DNA of 46,087 nt from an uncultured Halanaerobiales bacterium. Its GTDB lineage: Bacteria > Bacillota > Halanaerobiia > Halanaerobiales > M55B127. Location of the stretch: NCBI GenBank assembly GCA_964642575.1, contig CAZXRH010000003.1, positions 1 to 46,087 on the forward strand, given 5' to 3'. The translations under genes were made by a program, and so were the position numbers. The notes under the pieces were generated by a model, which had not been told where the DNA came from, ran no database searches, and worked only from the letters and a program-made list of their open reading frames with translations. This document shows, piece by piece, positions 1 to 8,806 of this stretch; within the stretch, counting starts at the first letter, position 1, and each line of letters begins with the position of its first letter.

Positions 1-374
1 CTCGTTTAGGTCAGGCCACCTTTGCAGTCGGCCAAAATCCTAAAGGGGCTAAAATTGTTGGTATAAATGTAGAATACGTTTATTTATTTGTATTTAGTGT
101 TGCAGTTGGTATTTTAGGTATTGTAGCAGGAACAATGTTACCCAGAACCGCTATATTCCCAGCTGTAGGGTCGCCATTTACTTTGAAATCATTTGCTTTA
201 GCTGCCATGGCGGGGCTTGGTAATTTGAATGGTATCTTATTTGCAGGAATTTTACTTGGAATTGGTGAAGCGGCAATTAATTATATTCCCAACTATGGTG
301 GTTGGTCAGATATCGTATTTTTTGGAGTACTTATCATAGTAATATTAGTAAGATCATATAGGGGGGCTAAATAA
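1..374 (+). CDS. livH: HAAT-family (branched-chain amino acid type) ABC transporter permease, LivH-like, C-terminal fragment; 5' end lies outside the window
   Basis: The frame starting at nt 3 is open from the window edge (RLGQATFAVGQNPKGAKIVGINVEYVY...), so the listed ORF 135..374 is only the tail. The C-terminus is hydrophobic and LivH-like. The stop overlaps the next ATG (TAATG). Confidence 0.85.
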   Translation, partial: RLGQATFAVGQNPKGAKIVGINVEYVYLFVFSVAVGILGIVAGTMLPRTAIFPAVGSPFTLKSFALAAMAGLGNLNGILFAGILLGIGEAAINYIPNYGGWSDIVFFGVLIIVILVRSYRGAK

Positions 375-1318
375 TGAAAAAGAATCTATTTATACTAGCA
401 TTACTAATCATAGCAGCAACTCTTCCCTTATATGCTGGCGCCTATATAATGAGTGTGTTTACCACTATTCTCATTTTTATGGCCCTCAGTTTAAGTTGGG
501 ATATGATGTTAAGAACTGGCCAGCTTTCATTTGGTACAGCTGGTTTCTTTGGATTAGGTGGTTATGCCTCAGCTCTTATAGTAGCTCATATGGGTTTTAA
601 TCCTTTATTAAGTCTACTAATAGGAGCAATATTCTCGGGTTTAGTTGCCTTTGGTTTAGGTTTTGTTGTCTTAAGATTACGTGAAATTTACTTTGCAATT
701 ACAACTTTAGCCTTAACTCACGTTTTCTCAGTTATTATTAGAAATATGGATGATCTTACCGGTGGAGCAAGTGGTACTCAGTTAAGTACTGCAATCTTTG
801 GCGGTAATCCCACAAAAATATATTATATGATTCTAGTTATAGCTTTATTAGTCATATTTATTTCCGAAGTATTTAAAAGAAGTAGAATTCACTATGCCAT
901 CAATGCAATTAGAAATGATGAAACAACTGCAAAATCAAGTGGTATTGATGTATTTAAATACTTATTATTTGTATTTGTATTAACTTCTGCCATTCAGGGA
1001 TTAGTGGGAGCAGCCTATGTTCAACAGTATGCATTTGTAAATCCAGAAAGTACCTTCTCACTTAACTTCCTTTTATTACCATTAGCAATGGCATTAGTTG
1101 GCGGTATTTATACCACAAATGGCCCAATCATTGGTGCCTTAGCACTTGGATTAATTTCCGAATATTTGAAGTTAATTATGCCTTATGGTCACCTTGTTGT
1201 CTATGGAATAATTATTGTAATTGTTGTTTTATTCCTACCACAGGGTGTGTATAAGCCGATTAGAAATAAATTTTTAAAAAGAAGTATTGTTGGGGGGGAT
1301 AGCAATGCCAACACTTAA
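374..1318 (+). CDS. livM: HAAT-family ABC transporter permease, LivM-like
   Basis: 314 aa polytopic membrane protein sitting between a LivH-like permease and two LivG/LivF-like ATPases. Translationally coupled to the upstream gene. Confidence 0.85.
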   Translation: MKKNLFILALLIIAATLPLYAGAYIMSVFTTILIFMALSLSWDMMLRTGQLSFGTAGFFGLGGYASALIVAHMGFNPLLSLLIGAIFSGLVAFGLGFVVLRLREIYFAITTLALTHVFSVIIRNMDDLTGGASGTQLSTAIFGGNPTKIYYMILVIALLVIFISEVFKRSRIHYAINAIRNDETTAKSSGIDVFKYLLFVFVLTSAIQGLVGAAYVQQYAFVNPESTFSLNFLLLPLAMALVGGIYTTNGPIIGALALGLISEYLKLIMPYGHLVVYGIIIVIVVLFLPQGVYKPIRNKFLKRSIVGGDSNANT

Positions 1319-2021
1319 AACTGAAAATATAGTAAGAAAATTTGGGGGATTAGTTGCGGTAGATAATTTAAGCTTTGAAGTTGACAAAGGTGAAATTCTA
1401 GGTATCATTGGACCTAATGGAGCTGGAAAGACTACAGTTATCAATTTAATTGCTGGTACACTTGGTGTAAATAATGGTTCAATATTATTTAATGAAGAGG
1501 ATATCACAGAAAATCCAGCTCATATTAGAAACAGAAAAGGTATTGCCCGGACATTTCAGATTGTCCGCCCTCTAGAAAACTTTTCAGCCATTGAGAATAT
1601 TATGGTTGGATCATTATTTGGTGAAGGTGAAAGCTTACCTGAAGCCAGAAAATCTGCCCGGGAAATTTGTGATTTCTTGAAATTAGATAATGTAAATAAA
1701 ACTATTGATGAACTTACAGTTTTAGAACTTAAAAAAGTAGAATTAGGTAGAGCGTTAGCCTCTGATCCTGAACTGCTCTTTTTGGATGAGATCATGGCAG
1801 GGCTAACCAGTGAAGAAACCTGGGAACTCATGGATATAGTTAAAAAATTACATGAAAGAGATGTAGCAATTGTTGTTGTAGAACACATTATGAAAGTTGT
1901 AAAAGAATTAACACACCGAGTTATTGTTTTAAATAAAGGTGCAATTATAGCAGAAGGACCATATAGTGAAGTGTCACAAAATAAAGAAGTTATCGCTGCT
2001 TACCTGGGGGAGGAAGAATAA
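1305..2021 (+). CDS. livG: HAAT-family ABC transporter ATP-binding protein, LivG-like
   Basis: Walker A GPNGAGKTT, LFLDEIMAGL (Walker B region) and H-loop VVEH. I prefer ATG 1305 (GGGGGG-type SD just upstream) over the listed TTG 1287. Confidence 0.88.
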   Translation: MPTLKTENIVRKFGGLVAVDNLSFEVDKGEILGIIGPNGAGKTTVINLIAGTLGVNNGSILFNEEDITENPAHIRNRKGIARTFQIVRPLENFSAIENIMVGSLFGEGESLPEARKSAREICDFLKLDNVNKTIDELTVLELKKVELGRALASDPELLFLDEIMAGLTSEETWELMDIVKKLHERDVAIVVVEHIMKVVKELTHRVIVLNKGAIIAEGPYSEVSQNKEVIAAYLGEEE

Positions 2022-2022
2022 T

Positions 2023-2730
2023 ATGCTTGAAATTAATAATTTAGATGTTTCATATGGAAGAATTCAGGTAATCTGGGATTTATCGATGAAAATAGGAGAT
2101 AATGAGGCTGTAAGTATTTTCGGATCTAATGGAGCCGGAAAGACAACCTTAATTAAGGCTATTATGGGTTTAGTTAAAGATAAAAGTGGAAGTATTAAAT
2201 TTAATGGTGAAGAATTAATCGGGCTTCCTACTCACGAAATAGTCAAAAAAGGTATTGCCTTAGTTCCACAAAAAAGAGAACTTTTTCCCCTAATGTCAGT
2301 AAAAGAAAATCTAAAATTAGGTTCAGCCTATATACCCAATGCCAGAGATAAAACTAATGAGAATTTAGATTTTGTATATAATATCTTTCCCATCTTAAAG
2401 GAAAGAGAAAAACAACTAGCAGGTACAATGAGTGGTGGACAGCAGAGAATGTTAGCTTTAGGTAGAGCGTTGATGTCCAATCCTAAACTATTAATACTAG
2501 ATGAACCCTCAGTTGGTTTACAGCCTTCACTTGTAACTGAATTGTTTAAAAAAATGGGTGACATCAAAAAAGAAGATGTCTCGATTCTTTTAGCAGAACA
2601 GAATGTTCAACAGGGGTTAAAGATCATTGATAGAGGTTATGTCCTCGAAAATGGTAAAATCGAGATGGAAGATACCGTAGAAGGGCTATCAAGTAATGAA
2701 GAAATTCAAAAGACATATTTAGGTATATAG
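2023..2730 (+). CDS. livF: HAAT-family ABC transporter ATP-binding protein, LivF-like
   Basis: Walker A GSNGAGKTT, signature MSGGQQRM and Walker B LLILDEPS. ATG 2023 follows GGGGGAGGAAG and lies 1 nt after the livG stop. The listed start 1966 would overlap livG by 56 nt. Confidence 0.88.
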   Translation: MLEINNLDVSYGRIQVIWDLSMKIGDNEAVSIFGSNGAGKTTLIKAIMGLVKDKSGSIKFNGEELIGLPTHEIVKKGIALVPQKRELFPLMSVKENLKLGSAYIPNARDKTNENLDFVYNIFPILKEREKQLAGTMSGGQQRMLALGRALMSNPKLLILDEPSVGLQPSLVTELFKKMGDIKKEDVSILLAEQNVQQGLKIIDRGYVLENGKIEMEDTVEGLSSNEEIQKTYLGI

Positions 2731-2762
2731 ATTAAAAATAATAAGGGAAAGGAGTGTTTCTA

Positions 2763-3755
2763 ATGGGTGTTAAATTAGTATCCACAGGATCTTATGCTCC
2801 TGATAATACTTATGATATTGAAGAAATGAGTGAAATTGTAGGAGAAGATATCAGTGATTTTATGGCACCATTGGGTATTGAGCAAAAAAATGTGACAGGA
2901 CCTGACATGAGTGCAGCTGATCTAGCAGTTAAAGCCGGTCAAGAAGCTTTAGAAAAAGCCGACATGTCTGCAGAAGAAATAGATTTATTAATTTTATCGT
3001 CAGATACTCCTGATATAATTTCTCCTCAGAGCTCAGCTATTGTTTCAAATGAGCTAGGAATGAGAGATGGAGCTGCCTTTTTTGACCTGAATGCTTCCTG
3101 TACTGGTTTTATATTTGGTACTGAAACAGCCAAAAACTGGATTGAAGGAAACCCGGATTATAATACAATCTTATTGATTTCAACTTACAATATGACCAAA
3201 TATGCCGATATGGAAAGAGGCAAGTTTTTCTGTGTCTTTTCTGATGGAGCCGGTGCTGCTATCTATCAACAGGATGATAATAAACGTGGTGTCATGGAAA
3301 GTCACTTTATTGGTAATGGCGACCAGTGGATGACCTTAGGTATATATGTAGGTGGAACTAGATTTCCCGCCACTGAAGAAAGAATTAAAGGTGAAGGAGA
3401 TGTACCACCTGATTTAACTTTCTGGCGTGGTGAACTGATGAACCGCAATCCAGAACTATGGCCGGTTATTATTGAAAAGATGTTAGATAAAAGCAATTAT
3501 GAGTTAGATGAAATAGATAAATTTATCTTTACCCAGATCAATAAATCAGCTATTGCACAAACCTGTGAAAATCTAGGTATTGATATGGAAAAAACTCATA
3601 ATGTAATGGATAAATACGGATATACCGGTAATGCCTGTATCATAATGTCCTTAAATGATGCAATTGAAAAGGGTGAAGTAGAAGAAGGCGATTTAGTCTG
3701 TTTAACTGCTTCTGGTGTAGGCTATACAATGGGTACTATCTTAATTAGGATTTAA
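2763..3755 (+). CDS. KAS III (FabH)-like thiolase-fold protein, atypical active site
   Basis: Aligns by eye along the E. coli FabH sequence as I recall it: GTGSY N-terminus, NASCTGF (catalytic Cys), FSDGAGAA, C-terminal GVGYTMG. FabH VPHQAN is FTQIN here (His replaced by Thr). The Asn of HGNTSAAS is retained in YTGNACIIMS. SD GGAAAGGAG precedes ATG 2763. Confidence 0.8.
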   Translation: MGVKLVSTGSYAPDNTYDIEEMSEIVGEDISDFMAPLGIEQKNVTGPDMSAADLAVKAGQEALEKADMSAEEIDLLILSSDTPDIISPQSSAIVSNELGMRDGAAFFDLNASCTGFIFGTETAKNWIEGNPDYNTILLISTYNMTKYADMERGKFFCVFSDGAGAAIYQQDDNKRGVMESHFIGNGDQWMTLGIYVGGTRFPATEERIKGEGDVPPDLTFWRGELMNRNPELWPVIIEKMLDKSNYELDEIDKFIFTQINKSAIAQTCENLGIDMEKTHNVMDKYGYTGNACIIMSLNDAIEKGEVEEGDLVCLTASGVGYTMGTILIRI

Positions 3756-3785
3756 TTAAATAAGATATGATTTAAAATATAGCAT

Positions 3786-3815
3786 GGGGTGGCTTGTTTC
3801 GGGCCACCCTTTTTT
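3786..3815 (+). terminator. Rho-independent terminator ending the liv / KAS III-like operon
   Basis: GGGTGGC ... GCCACCC stem followed by TTTTTT. Confidence 0.8.
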
Positions 3816-3898
3816 AAGTTTTTAGAGGAAAAAAGATAACCATCTTGAAAATATAGAATATAAATTAAGACAATATTTTTCTCAAAAGGAGTGTAATA

Positions 3899-4789
3899 AT
3901 GAAGGTATTAAAAAATGTAATCTTTAATATGTCACCTGATAATGAACCTATCGCATCTTGTAAATCAAAAGATGAGTTGATATTTAAGACCCAGGACTGT
4001 TTTGGAGGTCAAATTGAAACAGAAAATATGACCTTAGATGAACTGGACTGGGATAATATTAACCCGGCCACCGGTCCTCTTTACATAGAAGATGCCGAAG
4101 TAGGGGATGTCTTAAAGGTCACGATCAAAGAGATTAATTTAAATAATCAGGGAGCAATGACTACTATCCCTGAAATGGGTTATTTAGCAGAATATTTAAC
4201 CGGTCCAGAAACGAAAGTTGTTAAAATTGAAAATGGAAAAGTAGTTTTTAATGATAAAATCAAACTACCAATTGATCCAATGATCGGTGTAATAGGAGTA
4301 GCACCTGCAGTTAAAAGTATTGATTGTGGTACACCTGGTTCACACGGTGGTAATATGGATACAAAGGTTATCAAAGAAGGAACAACAGTATATTTCCCCG
4401 TTAATGTTCCTGGTGCTTTACTGGCCATGGGAGATATGCATGCTGTAATGGGAGATGGTGAAGTTGTTATTTGTGGTGTTGAAATTGCAGGTGAAACAAG
4501 AGTAGAAGTGGAAGTTTTGAAAGATAAGAATATCACTAACCCCATGGTAGAAGACGAGACTGCTTTTTATACTATAGCATCAGCAGAAAACTTAGATCAA
4601 GCGACAAAAAGGGCTTCTGATGATATGTTTAAATTTTTAGGGAAACGATTACCCTTAACTGCCAATGAAATTGCAATGTTGATGAGCCTGATTTGTGACC
4701 TACAGATATCTCAGGTGGTAGATCCTGCTAAAACAGCCCGGATGAGAGTAGATAAAAATTCGTTGAAAAAATATGGCTTAAAATTTTAA
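3899..4789 (+). CDS. Acetamidase/formamidase family amidohydrolase
   Basis: Family-typical motifs GGNMD and GDMHAVMGDGEV. About 296 aa, typical of the FmdA/AmdA family. SD AAAGGAG upstream. Confidence 0.8.
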   Translation: MKVLKNVIFNMSPDNEPIASCKSKDELIFKTQDCFGGQIETENMTLDELDWDNINPATGPLYIEDAEVGDVLKVTIKEINLNNQGAMTTIPEMGYLAEYLTGPETKVVKIENGKVVFNDKIKLPIDPMIGVIGVAPAVKSIDCGTPGSHGGNMDTKVIKEGTTVYFPVNVPGALLAMGDMHAVMGDGEVVICGVEIAGETRVEVEVLKDKNITNPMVEDETAFYTIASAENLDQATKRASDDMFKFLGKRLPLTANEIAMLMSLICDLQISQVVDPAKTARMRVDKNSLKKYGLKF

Positions 4790-4805
4790 AATACTAAGTT
4801 TTAAC

Positions 4806-4836
4806 TAGGTGCTGATTTCAGTACCTATTTTTTTTG
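4806..4836 (+). terminator. Rho-independent terminator after the amidase gene
   Basis: TAGGTGCT / AGTACCTA stem (one G-U pair) followed by a T8 run. Confidence 0.7.
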
Positions 4837-4856
4837 TTGAAAATATTAAAAATCCC

Positions 4857-4885
4857 TTTACAATATATTTAAATTAGCTTATAAT
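4857..4885 (+). promoter_or_regulatory. Candidate sigma-A promoter for the MFS gene
   Basis: TTTACA, 17 nt spacer, TATAAT. Confidence 0.5.
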
Positions 4886-4990
4886 ATTATTAAATAAATT
4901 AATATAATTATTAAAAATATTGTAATAATATACATTGAAATTTATAATATTTAAATATTATATTAAAGATTAGACTGAGGAGTAGCAAAA

Positions 4991-6250
4991 GTGAACAAAA
5001 TCAAAAACGCCTTAAATACATATCGAGGATTAAATAAAAATATCTATATTATATTTGTAGCTCAGGTAATTAACTCAATGGGAGCTTTTGTAGCTCCTTT
5101 TTTAACGATGTTTTTAACCCAAAAGTTAGGTTTATCGGCCGCTGAGGCTGGCTCTTATGTAACTTTAGCAGCTCTGGCTAATGTACCGGGTATGTTTGCT
5201 GGTGCAAAATTAGCTGATAAATTTGGGCGTAAAAAATTATATATAACTTCAACTGTATTAATGGCATCTATGTTAATTCCACCTGCCTTTTTAGGTGAAA
5301 GTAAAGCTGTAATTTACTTTTTAATTGCAATGGCCTTTTTTAATGGAGCAGTAAATCCTTCCTTTACAGCTATGATATCTGATTTGACAAGGGGAGAAGA
5401 GAGGAAAAAAGCCTATTCTTTACAGTACTTAGGCTGGAATACAGGATATGCAGTTGGTCCTATGATTGCTGGATTTTTATTTAATAACTATCTACCATTA
5501 CTATTTTTAGGAGATGCAGCTACTGCTTTAATTGCGATTACTCTAGTTGCTATTTATGTTCCAGAGACCAAAGATCTAGCTGAAGAAGTTCCTGATGAAG
5601 ATCTACCAGAACTAGAAAGGTCAGAAAAGGGATCACTCTTTAGGGTCTTATTAAAAAGACCTAGTATCATTGTATTTGCCTTTATAATGTTCTTTTATCG
5701 GATAGTTTATGCTCAGGGTTCCTTTGCCTTGCCAATCCAATTAAACGCTCTATTTGGAGCTAGAGGAGCTTCTATTTATGGAATGAATATGAGTTTTAAT
5801 GCTTTTGTTGTTGTTATATTTACTATTTTTGTAACAGGTATAACCTTAAAATTTAAACCTATTTTTAATATAATCATCGGAGGTATCTTATTTGCAGTCG
5901 GTTTTGGTATGATTAGATTTGTTAATACCTTTCCACTACTTTTAATGTCGACCTTTATTTGGACTATTGGCGAGATACTAGAGGCAACTAATATAAATGT
6001 ATATATTGCAGCTCATGCTCCGGTCAGCCACCGGGCCCGTTTTAACTCAATATTTATGTTTATCTCGGGTGCTGGCTATGCAATTGCACCTCAATTGGGA
6101 GGTCTTTTTATTGATAGTTTCCCGGTTAGAGAGATCTGGTCAACCAGTTTCTTTATTATGTTAGGTGCAATATTAGCTTTGATTATCTATCATAATATCA
6201 AGGAAGGAACATTTGCAAAACAACCGGCCAAACAAAGCAGTGAAGGTTAA
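4991..6250 (+). CDS. MFS transporter
   Basis: 419 aa with about 12 hydrophobic segments and a central charged loop (EEVPDEDLPELERSEKG). MFS-like GRKK motif after TM2. GTG start 8 nt after GAGGAG. Confidence 0.8.
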   Translation: MNKIKNALNTYRGLNKNIYIIFVAQVINSMGAFVAPFLTMFLTQKLGLSAAEAGSYVTLAALANVPGMFAGAKLADKFGRKKLYITSTVLMASMLIPPAFLGESKAVIYFLIAMAFFNGAVNPSFTAMISDLTRGEERKKAYSLQYLGWNTGYAVGPMIAGFLFNNYLPLLFLGDAATALIAITLVAIYVPETKDLAEEVPDEDLPELERSEKGSLFRVLLKRPSIIVFAFIMFFYRIVYAQGSFALPIQLNALFGARGASIYGMNMSFNAFVVVIFTIFVTGITLKFKPIFNIIIGGILFAVGFGMIRFVNTFPLLLMSTFIWTIGEILEATNINVYIAAHAPVSHRARFNSIFMFISGAGYAIAPQLGGLFIDSFPVREIWSTSFFIMLGAILALIIYHNIKEGTFAKQPAKQSSEG

Positions 6251-6337
6251 TTCTTTTACAGATATATAACCCTTGGCATATTATAATAAAGTTAAGAAAA
6301 GCAGTTTGTGCTTTTATAGATAGAAGGAGGGTTATAT

Positions 6338-6571
6338 ATGGTCTATGAGAAAAAAACAAAATTAGAGTGTAAGAAAGTTTTTGATAAAGCTGATGAATTT
6401 TTCAATCAGGATTGGGGACTTGAAAGCAGCAAAGATGAAGAGTGTGCTAACTATACAGGTGGGGGCGGACATATAAAAATAAGCTGTTGTCAAGATGAAA
6501 ATAAAAGAACTGTTAATATAGAAACACGTGAATGGGACAGACAGGTCAAAGATTTTTTAAAGAAAATATAA
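6338..6571 (+). CDS. Small conserved hypothetical protein (77 aa, GGGG ... TREWD motif)
   Basis: Strong SD GAAGGAGGG and its own terminator. No function recognisable. Confidence 0.6.
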   Translation: MVYEKKTKLECKKVFDKADEFFNQDWGLESSKDEECANYTGGGGHIKISCCQDENKRTVNIETREWDRQVKDFLKKI

Positions 6572-6584
6572 TATATAAAAAATT

Positions 6585-6613
6585 AAGGATGAGGGAATTC
6601 CCTCATCCTTTTT
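6585..6613. terminator. Bidirectional terminator between the small ORF (+) and the peptide ABC operon (-)
   Basis: AAGGATGAGGGA / TCCCTCATCCTT perfect inverted repeat flanked by an A-run and a T-run. Confidence 0.85.
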
Positions 6614-6617
6614 AAAG

Positions 6618-7730
6618 TTAATTAGTTTCTGTAGCCTTAGGATCTAAGGCATCTCTTAGCCCATCCCCTAATAAATTATAACTTAAAACTGCAAAAAAGA
6701 TCATAAATCCTGGAATTAAAAGCCAGGGGAAATTAGTAATTTTAGTAACATTTTGCGCAGCTGTTAACATATTACCCCAGCTCGCATTCGGTTCTTGAAT
6801 ACCTAATCCCAAAAAGCTTAAACCAGATTCCATAATGATATAACCTGGAATTGAAACTGTAGCTCTAACTATTACATAAGTAGTTGTAATAGGGAGCACA
6901 TGATTTTTAATAATTCTAGGATCTCTTGCTCCGATGGCTTCTGCAGCTAATACATAATCTTCATTCCGTATTGATAATACCATACCGCGAATTACACGGG
7001 CCATACCTGCCCAACCCCGAAAAGAAAGAATTGATATAATTAAAAAGAACCGTAAGGTTGAAGAAATATCAATTGGTAAAACTGCTGCCAGTGCAAGTAG
7101 TAAATAAAATGATGGTATCGACATAATAACTTCTGCAAAACGCATTAAAATATTATCCACCCATCCACCATAATAGCCCGCAATTCCACCAACAATCAAT
7201 CCTATGATTGTGGTGATAAAGATTGCTACAAAGCCAATAAACATCGAGACTCGACCTCCGAATAAAATCCGGGTAAATAGATCCCTGCCATAGTTGTCAG
7301 ACCCTAATAAAAATAGGTGGGCTGGTTCATCAACTCCAAATAAATGAAGGTCGGTTTCAAATAAGCCTAATAACTCATATTCCTGTCCTCGATGAAAAAG
7401 TTTGATGGGATATTTTTTATCTTTGATAACTTCATATTCTGCCCAATCAACTGATTCAGTTGCATAAACATAAGGCCAGGTAAGTCCATCTTCATCAGTA
7501 AAGTGAACTTGAGTAGGAGGATGGAAAAAATGTTTTTTAAAACTTTTATAAGGATTATAAGGTGCCAAAAATCCAGCAAAGATAACTGTTAAATAAAGAA
7601 TGATAATAATGGTTCCACCAATTACTGCCATCTTATGACGCCTTAATCTTTTCCAGGTATCATACCAAAACTCATAATCTTTATCATTATTGTTTTTTAA
7701 ATTTCTAGGTTTTTGATTTATTTTATCCAT
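6618..7730 (-). CDS. Peptide/nickel (Opp/Dpp family) ABC transporter permease, OppC/DppC-like
   Basis: BPD-transport permease core (EAA-like region AAEAIGARDPRIIKNHVLP). Long extracytoplasmic loop after TM1. ATG 7730 sits 6 nt after GGAGG; the listed GTG 7736 abuts the SD. Confidence 0.85.
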   Translation of the reverse strand: MDKINQKPRNLKNNNDKDYEFWYDTWKRLRRHKMAVIGGTIIIILYLTVIFAGFLAPYNPYKSFKKHFFHPPTQVHFTDEDGLTWPYVYATESVDWAEYEVIKDKKYPIKLFHRGQEYELLGLFETDLHLFGVDEPAHLFLLGSDNYGRDLFTRILFGGRVSMFIGFVAIFITTIIGLIVGGIAGYYGGWVDNILMRFAEVIMSIPSFYLLLALAAVLPIDISSTLRFFLIISILSFRGWAGMARVIRGMVLSIRNEDYVLAAEAIGARDPRIIKNHVLPITTTYVIVRATVSIPGYIIMESGLSFLGLGIQEPNASWGNMLTAAQNVTKITNFPWLLIPGFMIFFAVLSYNLLGDGLRDALDPKATETN

Positions 7731-7741
7731 TTTCACCCTCC

Positions 7742-8710
7742 TTAACTATATCTGATGCGTGGATCGCTGACTGCTAATAAGACATCTGCAATTAAATTAC
7801 CAATGATTAATAAAACACTTCCTATCATAAGACCTGCCATAGCAAGGTAAAGGTCTTTAGAGCGAACAGCTGTTAACATCATCTTACCTAAACCAGGCCA
7901 GCCAGTGACTGTTTCTGTTAAAGCTGCTCCACTTAATAACATACTAATTTGGAAGCCGAAAATTGTAATCATTGGATTGATTGCATTTCGGAAGGCGTGT
8001 TTATATACAACCTTTTTATTTTTTAATCCTTTTGCTTTTGCTGTACGAATATAGTCAGACCGCATTGCTTCTATCATCTGACCTCTCATAATACGTGTTA
8101 GGGTAGCCATACTGGCAGTACCCAATACAACAGCAGGTACTAATAAGTGTTTTAATATATCTAATACTTTACCCATTGGTGACATAAAATCGTGCATAAT
8201 ACTGGTCATTCCATTTATGGGCAAGGGAATATTAAATCTAACAATTAAAAATAAAAGTAAAAGTGCAAAAAAGAAATTAGGAATTGATAGCCCTACAAAG
8301 GCAAGGCTCGTAAATATATTATCACCTATCGTGTATTTATGTGTTGCTGAATAGATACCAATTGGTATTGAGAAACCCCATGCAATAAACATAGCTGCAA
8401 AGGATAGGATCAGTGTATTAACAACCCTGGTTTGAATCACATGTAGTACCGGAACTTGGTAAGTAAACGATTCTCCAAAATTACCCTGTAAGATTTGCCA
8501 TAGCCAGTGAAAATACTGTTCTGGCACACTTTTGTCCAGTCCATACTGCCTTTTCATGGTTTCTATCAGTTCCTCTGAAACATCGGGATTTAATTTCATT
8601 GTATCTAAATAACTACCAGGGGATAACTGCATTATGAAAAAGGAGAGTAGAGATATTGCCAAAAGTAAAGGTATTGCCTGTAAAAGTCTTCTTAAAATAT
8701 ATGTGCGCAT
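7742..8710 (-). CDS. Peptide/nickel ABC transporter permease, OppB/DppB-like
   Basis: N-terminal MRTYILRRLLQAIPLLL is the classic OppB/DppB start. Contains the EAA loop YIRTAKAKGL. Confidence 0.88.
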   Translation of the reverse strand: MRTYILRRLLQAIPLLLAISLLSFFIMQLSPGSYLDTMKLNPDVSEELIETMKRQYGLDKSVPEQYFHWLWQILQGNFGESFTYQVPVLHVIQTRVVNTLILSFAAMFIAWGFSIPIGIYSATHKYTIGDNIFTSLAFVGLSIPNFFFALLLLFLIVRFNIPLPINGMTSIMHDFMSPMGKVLDILKHLLVPAVVLGTASMATLTRIMRGQMIEAMRSDYIRTAKAKGLKNKKVVYKHAFRNAINPMITIFGFQISMLLSGAALTETVTGWPGLGKMMLTAVRSKDLYLAMAGLMIGSVLLIIGNLIADVLLAVSDPRIRYS

Positions 8711-8754
8711 TAATTAGGTACTCCTTTCAAAAAATAAAAATAGCTAATTATAAA

Positions 8755-8780
8755 AGAGAAAGGGGTAGACCCCTTTCTCT
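8755..8780 (-). other. Intra-operon stem-loop between the binding-protein gene and the permease genes
   Basis: 11-bp perfect stem AGAGAAAGGGG / CCCCTTTCTCT with a 4-nt loop, followed on the minus strand by a U-rich stretch. Looks like a partial terminator or mRNA stabiliser. Confidence 0.6.
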
Positions 8781-8806
8781 CAAATTATTTTACTTATTGA
8801 AACTTG

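Noticed and set aside
1274-4545. Antisense ORFs inside livG, livF, the KAS III-like gene and the amidase gene (1274..1507, 1556..1888, 2328..2567, 3302..3496, 4180..4545)
   Set aside because: Each is fully embedded opposite a well-supported CDS. None has an SD or a recognisable domain, and the translations are Ser/Pro/Ile-rich, which is typical of shadow frames.
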